Origin: Monocercomonoides exilis PA203
Lineage: Eukaryota; Protista; Preaxostyla
Reading direction: 5' to 3'
Length of the DNA stretch: 64,000 bases
Assembly (NCBI GenBank): GCA_001643675.2
Contig: LSRY02000036.1
Location: forward strand, 682,001 to 746,000
Below are positions 1-12,000 of this stretch, one piece after another. Within the stretch, counting starts at the first letter, position 1, and every line of letters begins with the position of its first letter. Under the pieces are notes generated by a model that worked only from the letters and a program-made list of their open reading frames with translations, made no database searches and was not told the DNA's origin. The position numbers and the translations under genes are program-made.

Positions 1-1753
1 CGATACAAAAAAACTTATGAAGATTCGAGCAGAAACTCTGAAATTGAACTGAATCGCTCAATTGTTGAAGTGAGCGGAAGAAGATTGTTAATGTCTTTCT
101 TTTGTTTTGCTGGCCTCTGTCTTAGTACTTCATGTCTGGCAGCAAGTTGTGGGCAATATTTCTCGTGTGCATTTCTGAATTTCACAGATGTTAAATCTGG
201 AGTGCTGATGGTTTTTCACGACTGGCAAAGCTGTCCTTTCAGCAGATGCTTATTTCAAGCTGCAAATTTTATTAATCTGCTCTCATTCTTCACAACTGCA
301 AAGACTGCCAGCTCCAGAACATTCAGATGAGAGGCACTCGGAGTGGATCAAGCGTGATTGTGCTTTTCTCAGATGGTTCGGGAGGGCATTCAAACATCCA
401 GGGCAATCATTTGGAATTCGATGATACTCGCGTTTCAAGTGAATCGTTGGTTTTTGTTGAATGCCAAGATTCAGATGTTGAGATGAATTTCTTGGCTGTT
501 TCAAACACAGTGTTTGTGGATGGGTGCGCAGTAAGCGTGACATCGAATGCTTCGACATTCCATTTGAAGCACTCTTCATTACAAAACATAACCCGAGATT
601 CGCTTGGCCCGTGCTGTTTGGCTGTCTCATCTTTGTGTTTTTGTTGCTGGAGTTGAAGAAATGCTCGAACAAAATGTGTGCTTCTTCGTATAAAAAATGT
701 TGCATTGCGGCGTTGACAGATTTGACAGATACTTGCATGTCTTTGTGCGTATTCGACGGAGCAGCAAGCGCGTCAGAGCTGAGAACGAACGACAAGTGAT
801 CAGAAGAGCTATGCCAGTGGAGCGGATCGATGGTTGATCTTCTCAATTGCTTGGTAGCAATTAAAGACACCACAATAACCAATTTGTCCAAGAGATGACT
901 GTCGATCTCTGGTGGAAGCATCTCCACACTATTTATATTGTTTGCAAATAACAGCCCGAACGAAGCTGGCCATCTATCCGTAAGGAGTAGCATCGCGTGC
1001 TCTGGCCATGCACTACTGTTCATTCAAAGCCTGAAAGGCGGGGATGGCTTTCTTCAGAACTTCGACGTGAATTGCGGACGATGATTACACCTTCGAAGGC
1101 TTGGCCTGAGAAAGAGAATCAGTGCTTTTCATTCCACAGCTGGCTTCAGTGAAGTCTCGCCTGCAAGGCAGTACCCTAGCCGTTGATCTTACTGGATCCT
1201 TGCTCCTGCCCTGTGGCTTGGCTCTCCAGGTTGACTTATTCGATGGTTCGGTTCACAATCTCCAGTCGTATCCGCTGCGGTCAGAGGAGTTTGCAGGTGA
1301 AACAGAGTTTCACATAGCTATTCCAGCCTCAATTGTTACAACTGCGTATGAGGCAACAGAAGTGTCCGTGAAGATCTTATTTGGACGGACTGAATTTCTA
1401 GCCTCAACTGATTCATTCATTCTGAAAAACAGATGAAAGCATCAATCAAAAGGAGATGAAAGAATTGTTGAAGGAGGAAAGGTTGGAAAATCAATGATAA
1501 CATTTGTTGTTAAAGTTTTATTCGTTGTGATATTATTAATTGTACTTGTTGTTCATACAGCAGCAACTATTTGATGGAGGAGGGCAAAAGAAGAAGCGAA
1601 AAAATGCAAGGAGATTTTTAACGATATCATAAAGAAAAATCCAAAGGAAGTCGAGATGATGATGACTTAGACATCATTTGATGCTCATTGGAGGAGAGAG
1701 GAGAAGAATGCAGTGAAGAAGAATATTGAGAGGCTTTGTGAAATAAATCGATA
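1..1753 (+). pseudogene. Decayed 3' part of a giant surface-receptor family gene (same family as 6056-15082); 5' end lies outside the window
   Basis: Manual translation gives EELCQWSGSMVDL..KDTTITNLSKR*LSISGG..SLKGGDG, then LFIPQL..GSLLLPCGL..FILKNR*KHQSKGDERIVEGGKVGKS, a hydrophobic stretch, and I*WRRAKEEAK..KNPKEVEMMMT*. These are collinear with EEICEWNGSLV / SLKGGDG / FFIPKL / GALLLPCDL / FVLKNRSEPKANGEERIVEGGKEGKS / TM / KDPKAFEMVTM of the intact gene. It has several in-frame stops plus frameshifts, and similarity fades before the kinase-like tail. Confidence 0.85.
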
Positions 1754-2309
1754 AATGAAAATAGAATATATCAACTTAACGGAGAAAGTAGTAAAGATGA
1801 AGCTGCTTCAATCTATCGATTCGACTGAGTGCTTCAGAAACATATGCTTTGTTTGTTGAGAATTACTCCGTGAACATCAAAAGAAACAAATTTTTGTTTT
1901 TGATATTTAATTACGTGATGATCACATTTTTTGTTAATGAGAAAAAACAATACAAAAGAATGATAACAAAATGATATATGCATACATTTCTAGCTCTTTT
2001 TATCAAATACAATCATCTTTAAACATATCTGAAATTTTATTTTACAAAATAGAAAAATCTCAGTTATTAAGATTTTTCAATTTTTTTGTTGATAAAGTGA
2101 AAGATAAAACGCAAAAATATTATAATAAGTGTTCACTATTTTTTCATGAATTATTTATTTAAGTGTATCGCACTTTATTCAAGTATCACTTCAACCATCT
2201 TAAATAACATGACTTCATTTAAGAAAAACCCAGTCCATTCAAATTAGTTGAATTTATTCAAATAAAAAAATTCTATTCACAATTCATCTAATGTTAACAT
2301 AACCCTAAT

Positions 2310-2612
2310 AAACACATTGACAATGGATAAATCTTTATTTCCAATAAAAACCTAAAAGAAAGTTTCTCTCATATTTATCTTAGGGGTTTGATCATTAATT
2401 TTTAATAACTACTGCCTTTTTAATACAGAAAATTTTCAGTTTTTTTATCGAATATTTCTCTTTTTGAGAATTTTAACGTTCGTGAATGTGAGTTTTTTTA
2501 AGGTCAAATATTCTTCTTTAAGACTATTTTTGTTCCTGTCGCTATGTACCCTCTTTCCCTTTCATTTTACCGAAAAGGGCAAGTCACAACTTTAAGTGGC
2601 ATTCAGAAACTC

Positions 2613-2648
<36 letters not shown>

Positions 2649-3400
2649 CAGATTTTTTGTGATAGAATGTTTTAATATCAAATAATAAAACATGCTAGGG
2701 GTGAATTTTCCATTTTAAGAATACTTTTTTTCAATGAAAAAATCAAATTTTCGAAAATATTATGGTTATGATCAAACTAATTTCTAATAATTTTAATTAA
2801 AATCAACTTTTTTAAAGAATTATCAAAAAAAAAAAAAAATTAACACAATTTTTAGCTTTCTTTGTTATTATATAAAGAAATAAAAACAAAAGTTCTCAAT
2901 TCATAAGAGTGGATATTATTTTCACCTTTCATCTTACGTAATCATTGAAACACATGTTTTTTGTGTGTGAAAAAATGATTTTTCGATTTAAACCCTAACC
3001 CTATTTATAAAAAATGAACAAAAGTTAAATGCAAACCCAAAACCGAATTTTTTTATTCGAAGGAAAACCCTAAAGCGAAACGAAACCCGAGAAGTTCATT
3101 TTCACGAAATTATATTCATTAAAAACTGACAAAACAATCAAATAAGTACTTCAAACATCTTTAATTCACTTCATTTGAATGGAAAGATTATTTCTAACAA
3201 ATCAATTTGTACCAAACTATGAAATTTCTAAAAATCGTTCAGTTTTCAAATTTAAATTATTAGAAATTAGTTTGATCATAACCATAATATTTTCGAAAAT
3301 TTGATTTTTTTCATTGAAAAAAAAGTATTCTTAAAATGGAAAATTCACCCCTAGCATGTTTTATTATTTGATATTAAAACATTCTATCACAAAAAATCTG

Positions 3401-3434
<34 letters not shown>

Positions 3435-3737
3435 GAGTTTCTGAATGCCACTTAAAGTTGTGACTTGCCCTTTTCGGTAAAATGAAAGGGAAAGAGGGTA
3501 CATAGCGACAGGAACAAAAATAGTCTTAAAGAAGAATATTTGACCTTAAAAAAACTCACATTCACGAACGTTAAAATTCTCAAAAAGAGAAATATTCGAT
3601 AAAAAAACTGAAAATTTTCTGTATTAAAAAGGCAGTAGTTATTAAAAATTAATGATCAAACCCCTAAGATAAATATGAGAGAAACTTTCTTTTAGGTTTT
3701 TATTGGAAATAAAGATTTATCCATTGTCAATGTGTTT
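2310..3737. repeat. Foldback: ~484-bp inverted repeat arms (2310-2793 and 3254-3737) with a 460-bp non-coding spacer; possible MITE/foldback element
   Basis: The arms are reverse complements (aaacacattgacaatgg... / ...ccattgtcaatgtgttt). The only differences I saw are homopolymer lengths (T35 at 2614-2648 vs A33 at 3401-3433, plus two 1-nt run differences). No ORF is present and no clear target-site duplication was seen. Confidence 0.9.
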
Positions 3738-4029
3738 GTAAATGTTATGTTTGACGAAAACTTTTTAAAAAATCAACTGATTTGGATTTATTATTTAAAG
3801 CGAGGAAGATTTCTAAATAAAAATTAATATTGGATTTTAAAGATAGGTTTTCTCAGTTTAAAATCGCTGTTATACGAAAATCACTTTCGAAATATCATTA
3901 TTGCATTTATTCATAATTGTATAAATAAATATAAACAAGTTGATCGAATTTTTTTACCGGCCGTTATCTGCCAACTTGCCAAGAAATCAATAGAAACAAG
4001 AATAATTATAATTTGAAAGTTCCGATATT

Positions 4030-5470
4030 CTTTTAATTTGCCATTGGATTTTCACCTTGACTGCTCAAAATGGTCTTCTGGGAGTGGAAAATAAATCAGT
4101 TGAGATTCATTTAAAGTTATTTGAATGGTTTTGTTGAAAGCAAGAATTTTTGATTCCCGAAATGCATCAACCAGGAACGCAGATGGCAAATAGATGCATA
4201 GCTGTGAGTTTTGTGAATCCTGAGAAAGATGCGCGCAGGGCAGCAAATTCAAGCATGAAAGATAAGGATTGATCTGCTAAAGTTGAATGTTTCAAAAAAT
4301 AAAAAATACTTATTTAATATAAATGAAATGACGAATGTGCAAACGAATATGCTTTTATCTCCAATGCGCACTCAATAATGCTCATTGGTTCATGCGATTC
4401 AGCTTTGTGCAAGCTTGCTTCTGCAAGTTTCCTCCATCTTTGAAAATTAATCACCATCAATTCAACCCCAAATCAACTCACTCAAAAACAAAGTGACCAG
4501 CTTCTATATATAAACATCCGTTATGTCCTTTACAGTGCTTGCAGGGATATAAGGGATTTGAGCGCTTCATCTCGATTTTCGAGTGAAATATGCATATTTG
4601 CGCTCAACTGAGCAAATCAATCCCATACACCGCCGCCTTGTGCTTGAAGCGTTCGAAAAAAAAATGATTTATTCATCTGTGGTTCTTGTTCATCCACCTG
4701 CCACTCCATCTCAATACAAAAAACGATTTTAAATCAAATCCTTCGCCCATCATATATTTCTGATGAGAGAAAAACAGAATTTCCCTCAAAAACTGTCCAG
4801 AGCAGCAAAAGAGTTCAAATGATCAAAGATTCATATGACATAAATTTGCTGCATTCAGGAAAATGTGCTTTTGTTGAATTTTGAAAAACGCACAACATGA
4901 TATTCCGATAGTTTGTATTTTTTGTGTTTGTTCAAGTTGAGATTCGAATAGTTTGATAATACTTTATTTTTTTGCGTGTCATTTATTTTGAATGACGATG
5001 AGAAAGCAGTGCCAAAAATGTTTTGGACGTACCATGAAGGGCGTTGTTCACAAAAAATTTCATAAAAAACTGCGAGATGAAGCGAATGGAGCAAGCTGAT
5101 CAAAACGAAAGCATCAATCCATCGAACAAAATGAGCTATTGTGCCAATTTCTTTTGAATAGCAAAATCTGTTCGCTCTGTTGTGAATGTACTTGTTTCAA
5201 TCAAAGATGAAAATTGTTCTCCGTTCTTCAAAAGCGAAGGACCTTGTTGATTTTTTCGATGATGTTGGATTTTCTTTATTTATTTCTATCGGTGCTGCTG
5301 CATGCATTTATTCCATTTCGATGTTTCATGTGCATTTGCCTATGTGGAATCAAAGGAGAGAATAACTTGCCATTTGCTGATCTCGCATGGATGGCAAAAT
5401 AGATTGCTGCCATTTTCAAAAATAAAGACAAGGCGCTTGGGTAGAGCTGAATCATGAGCAAGAATACGCA
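4030..5470 (-). pseudogene. Possible highly decayed coding remnant, family unclear
   Basis: GC is higher than in the flanking intergenic DNA. Short minus-strand frames carry AQGGGVW, GVAGG and PYLSCLNLLPC motifs reminiscent of the GG/PC motifs of the receptor family. There are many stops, so support is weak. Confidence 0.3.
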
Positions 5471-6055
5471 AAGTGTGTTGATTTTAAGGAACTTGAAAGA
5501 TGTTTGAATTCATCTTTTCTGAGTTGTTATTTTCGTTTTTTGTGGATTGATCCAGTTTATCTCTTTCTTTTTTTTTCACCTTTTATATTACAAATTTTGA
5601 ATTAAAAATATTATTTTTGATTTTATTTTATATTTTCATTTTTTATTTCATTATTATTTTTCCATGATTTTGTTGCGTCATTTTCCAAAAGAAAAAATTC
5701 AAGAAGCACATTTTTGAAAAATTCAGAGAAAAAATAAAGGATTGAAAATTTCCTTTGCAGAACAAGGTTCACCCAGAAAGAAAATTGTTCTCAAAGTAAC
5801 AGCAGAAATTGAGTATCAGAAGCATGGTCAGAGATTTCTTTTATTATTCTATTGAATGCATCTATTTGGATTGACATTTTTTGAAAAGTTTGTTCCAAAG
5901 ACCATAAGATTCAAAAATGCGGGGAAAAGTTGTAACATGGAAATAAAAATATGAGAATAAATGCTGTTAAGTCTTTTTGTGTCTTTAAAAATAATAGTGC
6001 AGAAACGAAAAGATGGATAATGGATGGCTGATCATTCAATTATTTTGTCTGAAAA

Positions 6056-9000
6056 ATGCAACTTCTTGTTGTTTGCCTTGAATTTGTGATTGGTGCATGG
6101 GGAAGATGTCAACAATTTGACAAGAATGATGAACAACTCCAATGCTGGATGGGGATGCTTGAAGGAAGACAAAACAGAAACGAAGAATGCATTGTGAAGA
6201 CAATGTGCGATATGCACAACTCTTCAATGGGAGTGGAGAAAATTTGCATTTATCGATCAAGTGGAAAGTGTTCGTTTTTTGTTGGGGAACAATCTGCGCT
6301 GAGTTTTGGATGTTGCCTGCTGACTGAAAAAGGGAATTTTTCGTCTTCGACGATTTGCAATTGGGGGTTTTGTGTTTTGAGGAATTCATCGCTGATGAGC
6401 AGCTCTTGCTGTTTCTTGATGAATAGTGTTGTGGAGATGCAAAAAGCAAGTTCGTGTGTGCAGATAGAAAACTGTGAGTGGAGGAACATTGTGTTTTGTG
6501 GGAAAGGGAGCATCTTGAGGAATGGGGAAGGATTCAGCGAAGTTGCGAAAAAATGCACTTTTGCGAATGTGACTGAGATGAACAAAGCCGATGAAAAGAT
6601 GAAAAGCGAAGACTCAATCACTGAAAGCCACATGGAAGATAGCATTGTGATGAGCTCAATGAATGTGCTTGAAGGAGGGATAGCGAGTGGAACACAGGGA
6701 TCGGGAGTGTTTTTGTGCAGCAATTGCACATTTTATCACAACGAAAGAAGAGATTGGAGAATAAGGAATACAGATAGACTGTCAACAACAGAAACACAGA
6801 CATTCAAAAATGCAGAGTGGATTGAATGCAATGCCGAATGTGGTGGAGCACTGTATGTTCATGACAATTCGAGCGCAACGCTCACTGTGGAGAATTCATC
6901 TTTTGTGAAATGCAAAGCAACATCCACAAGAGGCGGCGGAATATATGCTTTGAAAATCGCTGAATGCATTGTTCATCATACAACATTTATTCAATGCTCT
7001 TGCGCATCAATTAATACAGACTGTGGCGGTGGAGGAATTACGGCAGAAAATGTGTTCACTCAATCTATCGTCGAATGCTGCAATTTTCGGAACTGTTCTT
7101 CCGGAAATGATGGAGGAGCAATTGATCTACGTCCAACAAAAACAGAAAAGCAAAAGGCATGCGTTGTGAATTCCTTTTTCGATAACTGTCAATGTTATGG
7201 ATCAGATAATGGAATTGGAGGAGCTATTCAACATTGGGGTTGCATTGATAAAGTTGTTATTTCGAATTGTCTCTTTTGTCATTGCTATTCAATTCGTGCA
7301 GGAGGAGCGGTTGGTCAACAAATAAATGAAAATAATGAAGGAATTTTGTTTTATTTCTGTTTTTTCCACAACAATGAGTGTCAAAAAGGAGGACATGACA
7401 TTGTTCTTTACAGCTCAACTTCAAATAATATCGATTCGAGTTGCTATTCGACCAGAAATACTTCAAATAGAGTTAGCACAGATACAGTCATAATTGTTGA
7501 CAAAAGTGAATGGCTTCTGAATGATGGTGGAAGAGTCAGATTTGTCTCCTCAGTGCAAACGCAACAAAATGCCAAAGATACATATGCATGTGGAATCAAC
7601 GAAAGCTATCCATGCAACACTGTTAGCCATTGCCTCACTCAACTTATTCCTGAATTTGTGAAAGATATTGAGATTCTCACAGGAACGATCATAGAAACCA
7701 AAGGTGTGGATTGTTGCTCCAACACCATCACGATTTATGGTCAAAGTGATTTGAGCACGACAGTGCAGACAGAATTAGAGGCAACTGGATTGTCTCTTTT
7801 CTCAGTCTCAACAGGTGAATTGTCCATCAGTGACCTTGAACTTGTGCATTACTCGGCATTTGCAAATAATCGAGCCTCAAGGCTATTTGAGATCACTGGA
7901 GCTGGAGAGATGCATATAAGCAATCTGAACATATCTGCTGGAAGCGAACAAACTGAAAATACAGCATTTGCTGCAGAGCTGATAAACATTCAGAATGGCG
8001 TGTTTCAGATGGAAAATGTGAACTGGGCAAAGACTATCTCCGCTGTTTCGTTGGTTTCATTTTCTTCAACAAATGAAGTGTCATTGACACTATCCGAATG
8101 CACCTTTGATGAAATTGAGAGAACTTCAAGCGGAGCAGCAGTAATGTCGTTTTCGAATGACAAGGCAATCATTGAGCTGAATTCGAGCACTTTTGAAGGA
8201 TGTGGAAGCAGAACATCTGCTGATGGAGGATCGATGATGTTGTATGCAGGAGAGGAGAATGAAGTGGAAGTGAAAGGTGGAATTTTTGATGAGTGCTATT
8301 GCTCAGTGGTGAATGGTCTTGGAGGAGGAATCCTTCTTCAGTTGTTGAATGATAATCTAAATTTCCTAATATCCTCTTCATTTGGAACAAACACAGCCAA
8401 GTGTGGAAGAGACATCTTTGTTCTTTCGCCAAATCTGGAAGAAACAACAAAGTCACAAAAAATCACGTGTGTAACAGCATCATCAGAGTCTGCTGACAGA
8501 GTGAGAGGATTCAACAACGGAAATACAACCTTGGCTGTTCCATTGTGTATTTATCTCCTTCCTGATCCAACTGAAATATTTGTGAGCGATTCAGAAGCAT
8601 TCGACCATTCGCACTGCGGAATTATAGAGTTTCCATGTCTGACTTTGAAGCACTCCCTCACACGTCAAACAGGAGAAAAGAAAGTTGTTGTGAGTGGAAT
8701 GATTTTGATGAGTGATGAATTGGCATTTGCTGGACAGAAACATGAAATCAGAGGAAATGATGATCAAAGTGGCTGGACAGTTTCTGATTCAAGTTCAACA
8801 TCCAATTCAGCGATGATTTCAGCAAGTGTTGAAACAGAATTATCAAAACTCATCTTTTCTCTTCCTTATTCCCTTTCACAGTGTTCCACTTTCATTTTGT
8901 CTTCCTCGCAACTGACTTTGTCTCAGTGCTCACTTTCTCTTCAAAATCCTTTAGAAGTATTGGAACTGTTGTTCTTGTCTGTTGAATCTGGAATCTTATC

Positions 9001-12000
9001 GATTGAAACTTTCACAGCTTCTTCGATCTCGCTGAGTGAGAATCCATTAATCTCATTATCTGGAAGCAGCACAGAAGCCAAATTGAAAAATGTTAATCTG
9101 ATTGGGATTGGAACAAGTTGTGCATCAGGATTATTTGAAGTGGTTGAAAGGGCTTCAATTCAAATGAGTGATTGTGTAATTTCTTCGATTACTCCATCAG
9201 AAGGAATAATGTCCTCTCGTTTGATCTCTTCCACAAGCGCCAAGAAAATAGAAATTATTCGATCTGGCATTTCGAACTTTGCTGTGAAAGACCAAAACGG
9301 GGGAGCAATCGAGTGCACTGTTGAAAGTGGTTGCTCTTTTGTCTTTAAAGAAGGGAGCATGAACTCGTGCAAAAGTGAGGGAGGGAATGGAGGGGGGTTG
9401 TGGGTGCAGATGAAAAGTGGATCAAGTCTTAGCATTGGCAATGTGACTGAAGAGCCTTCAAGCAAAGGAGATAAAAACGAACAAGAGGCCAAAGTGTGCT
9501 TTTCTCATTGTTCAGCAACTGCAAATGTTGATGGGAGGAAAGGATTGGGAGGAGGGATATATTTGTATCTGGATAATGGAGCATCAAATTTTGTTTTGAA
9601 GAGTATGATATTTGATGAATGTTCGGGAAGGAAAGGGAAGGATGTGTTTTTGAATGCTTTTGATTTGAGGGATGCAGCAAATTCAGCAACATTTTGCTTC
9701 GATGCTGATGTGAATGGGTTGGATAAGCTGAATGGATTTGAGCGCTCAACAACAAATGAAGAATACGAAATACCGCTTGTGGTTTATCTGTGGAATAACT
9801 TTACATCCCCTTGCCATGTGGGTGGAGAAGATGCTCATGATTTCAGTGGTTGTGGGCATGCTCAAGTTCCGTGCAGCACAATCACAAATGCGGTTGGGTT
9901 CAGATTTTCCAACAAAAACAAGTCAATCAAGCTTCATTCACCTTTTTCATTTGGAGAAGAATTGAAGATGGGTTCAAATGAGTGGAGCGTGACTGGAGAA
10001 GGAAATTCCTCAAATTATGAGATAGGAGCAGGCATTTCTGGTTCACAAAGGGGAGTATTCGAGACGCGCTGTCCAACAACCTTTGGCAAGGTGGTGTTTT
10101 CTGTTGCAGAAAGAATAGGATCATATGAAAGCATATTCCATTGCATTTCCAACAAACTGATAATTCAGGATTGTGGAATAATTGCTTCTGAAAATGACTT
10201 GGATGTTTCCTTTGTGAAGATTGAAGGAGGTGAAGTGACGATTAGCAATGTGTTTGGGATTGGGATCAAATGGCAGACAAGCGCAATAATTTGTGATGGG
10301 GGAAGTGAGGTTGTGCCTTCGATTGAAATCGGTGAAAGCAACTTTTCCGGAAACAGCGAGCAAAATGGATGTTTGATTGAATGTAAAAGTGTCAAATTTT
10401 TGAATGCAACAAAATGCGATATCACGGAGATGGATAGAGCCGCTGGATGCGGAGGATGCATAAGCGTTGACAACAGCAATATAGAAAACGAAAACATACA
10501 AATTAATATCGAAGAGTGTGTTTTTGATGGATGCTCCGTGCTGTCTGATGGAGGCAAAGGAGGAGCTATTTTCGCACAGATGAAAGGGAACACGCAATTG
10601 AATATTATTTCAAGCACATTTACGGGATGTGCAGCACCAGCTGGAGAAGCGAAGACTGGGTTTGGAGGAGGGATTGCATTGAAGTTGGTGGATGGTGATT
10701 CTTCGTTTGTGATATCATCCCCTGCTTTTGATGTTGATAATCCAAACACTGCCAAATATGGAAATGATCTTTTTGTTGAATCATCCAACTTGACAAAGAG
10801 CATCACAAACACTTCTCTTCCATTTGTTTCTGGGCATCTGGCAGATATTTCGTTGAATTCCATGAGCGGATTTGATGAGAATGACACAATAAATGCTATT
10901 CCATTGGTTTATTTCTGGCGAGCATTTGGTTCAGAGTTATTTATTGGGAGCGAAGGAAGAGATGTGTGCATTTGCGGACTGTCAGATTATCCTTGCCTGT
11001 CAATCGATTATTCTTTGGAGCGAATGCTTGAAGGAAATGAAAGGATTATCAGTGTCATTGGAAAGGCGATTCTTCAGAAGAGTGTTGATGTCAGTGGGCT
11101 TTCAATAAGATCAAATAATACAATCATGTGCGCTCTGGAGTGCAACTCTTCGCTTGAAGGAACAGAAGGAACGGCAATGAAGATTCAGGGTATTACCAAT
11201 TTCGAACTGATAAACTTTGTTGTTCCATCGTCGTTCACAAGTGGAGTTGATGTTTTGTTGCATATTGGATCAAGTGAAGGACTATTGACTCTGAAAGATT
11301 GTTCATTCAGCAAGAATGAGGAAAGCAGAGAAGAAGAAATGATTAACTTTGTGTTGATCGAGGCAGATGGGGGCATAATTGTGTTGGAATTTGTGGCAAT
11401 TCAATCGCTTTGCTTTTCAAAAGATATTATTTCCGTTCATCCAACAACAATTTTGAATATGAAAAATCTAACGATGAAGAATATTGAGCTGGAAGGAGCA
11501 AGCGGATTGGGCATGTCAAAGAGTTCAAGAAGAGAGAAAAATGAAGTGGAGCAAGATGTTGTTATTGAATGGAGTTCATTCGAAGAAGTCACTCAGAATG
11601 CAACCGATGATATCCCCATCATTCGGAATGACAATGATGAGCCATTGAAAATGGTTGTTAGAAACACAACAATGAAGAGATGCGGCGGATCGAAATGTGA
11701 AAAGGGAGGAGGGATGTTTTCTGTGTTGAATGAGGGAGGAAGAGTTGACTGCTCATTTTGCACGATTTCTGAGTGCTTCTGCTCCACCACTGGAAGAGGT
11801 GGGTGGCTGTTTCTGGAATGCACCTCGACAGCTGAGCAGCCTCTGAATTTTGTTCTGTCGAACATCACGTTCAGAGACAACTCTGCATTCAGAGGGAGAG
11901 ATGTGTATGTGAGATGCCACTCAATCGAATCGCAAATTGTTGATGAGCAATTCTTGTTGGATTTCAGATTGCCATTTGTGAAGGAGCTGGCAATATGGGG

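Noticed and set aside
283-1023. 246-aa minus-strand ORF
   Set aside because: It is antisense to the recognisable plus-strand receptor pseudogene and has no motifs of its own.
1434-1670. Stop-codon reassignment or readthrough as an explanation of the in-frame TGA/TAG
   Set aside because: The stops align to different residues (G, S, R, E) and co-occur with frameshifts. Intact genes here end in TAA or TGA and have multi-kb stop-free frames.
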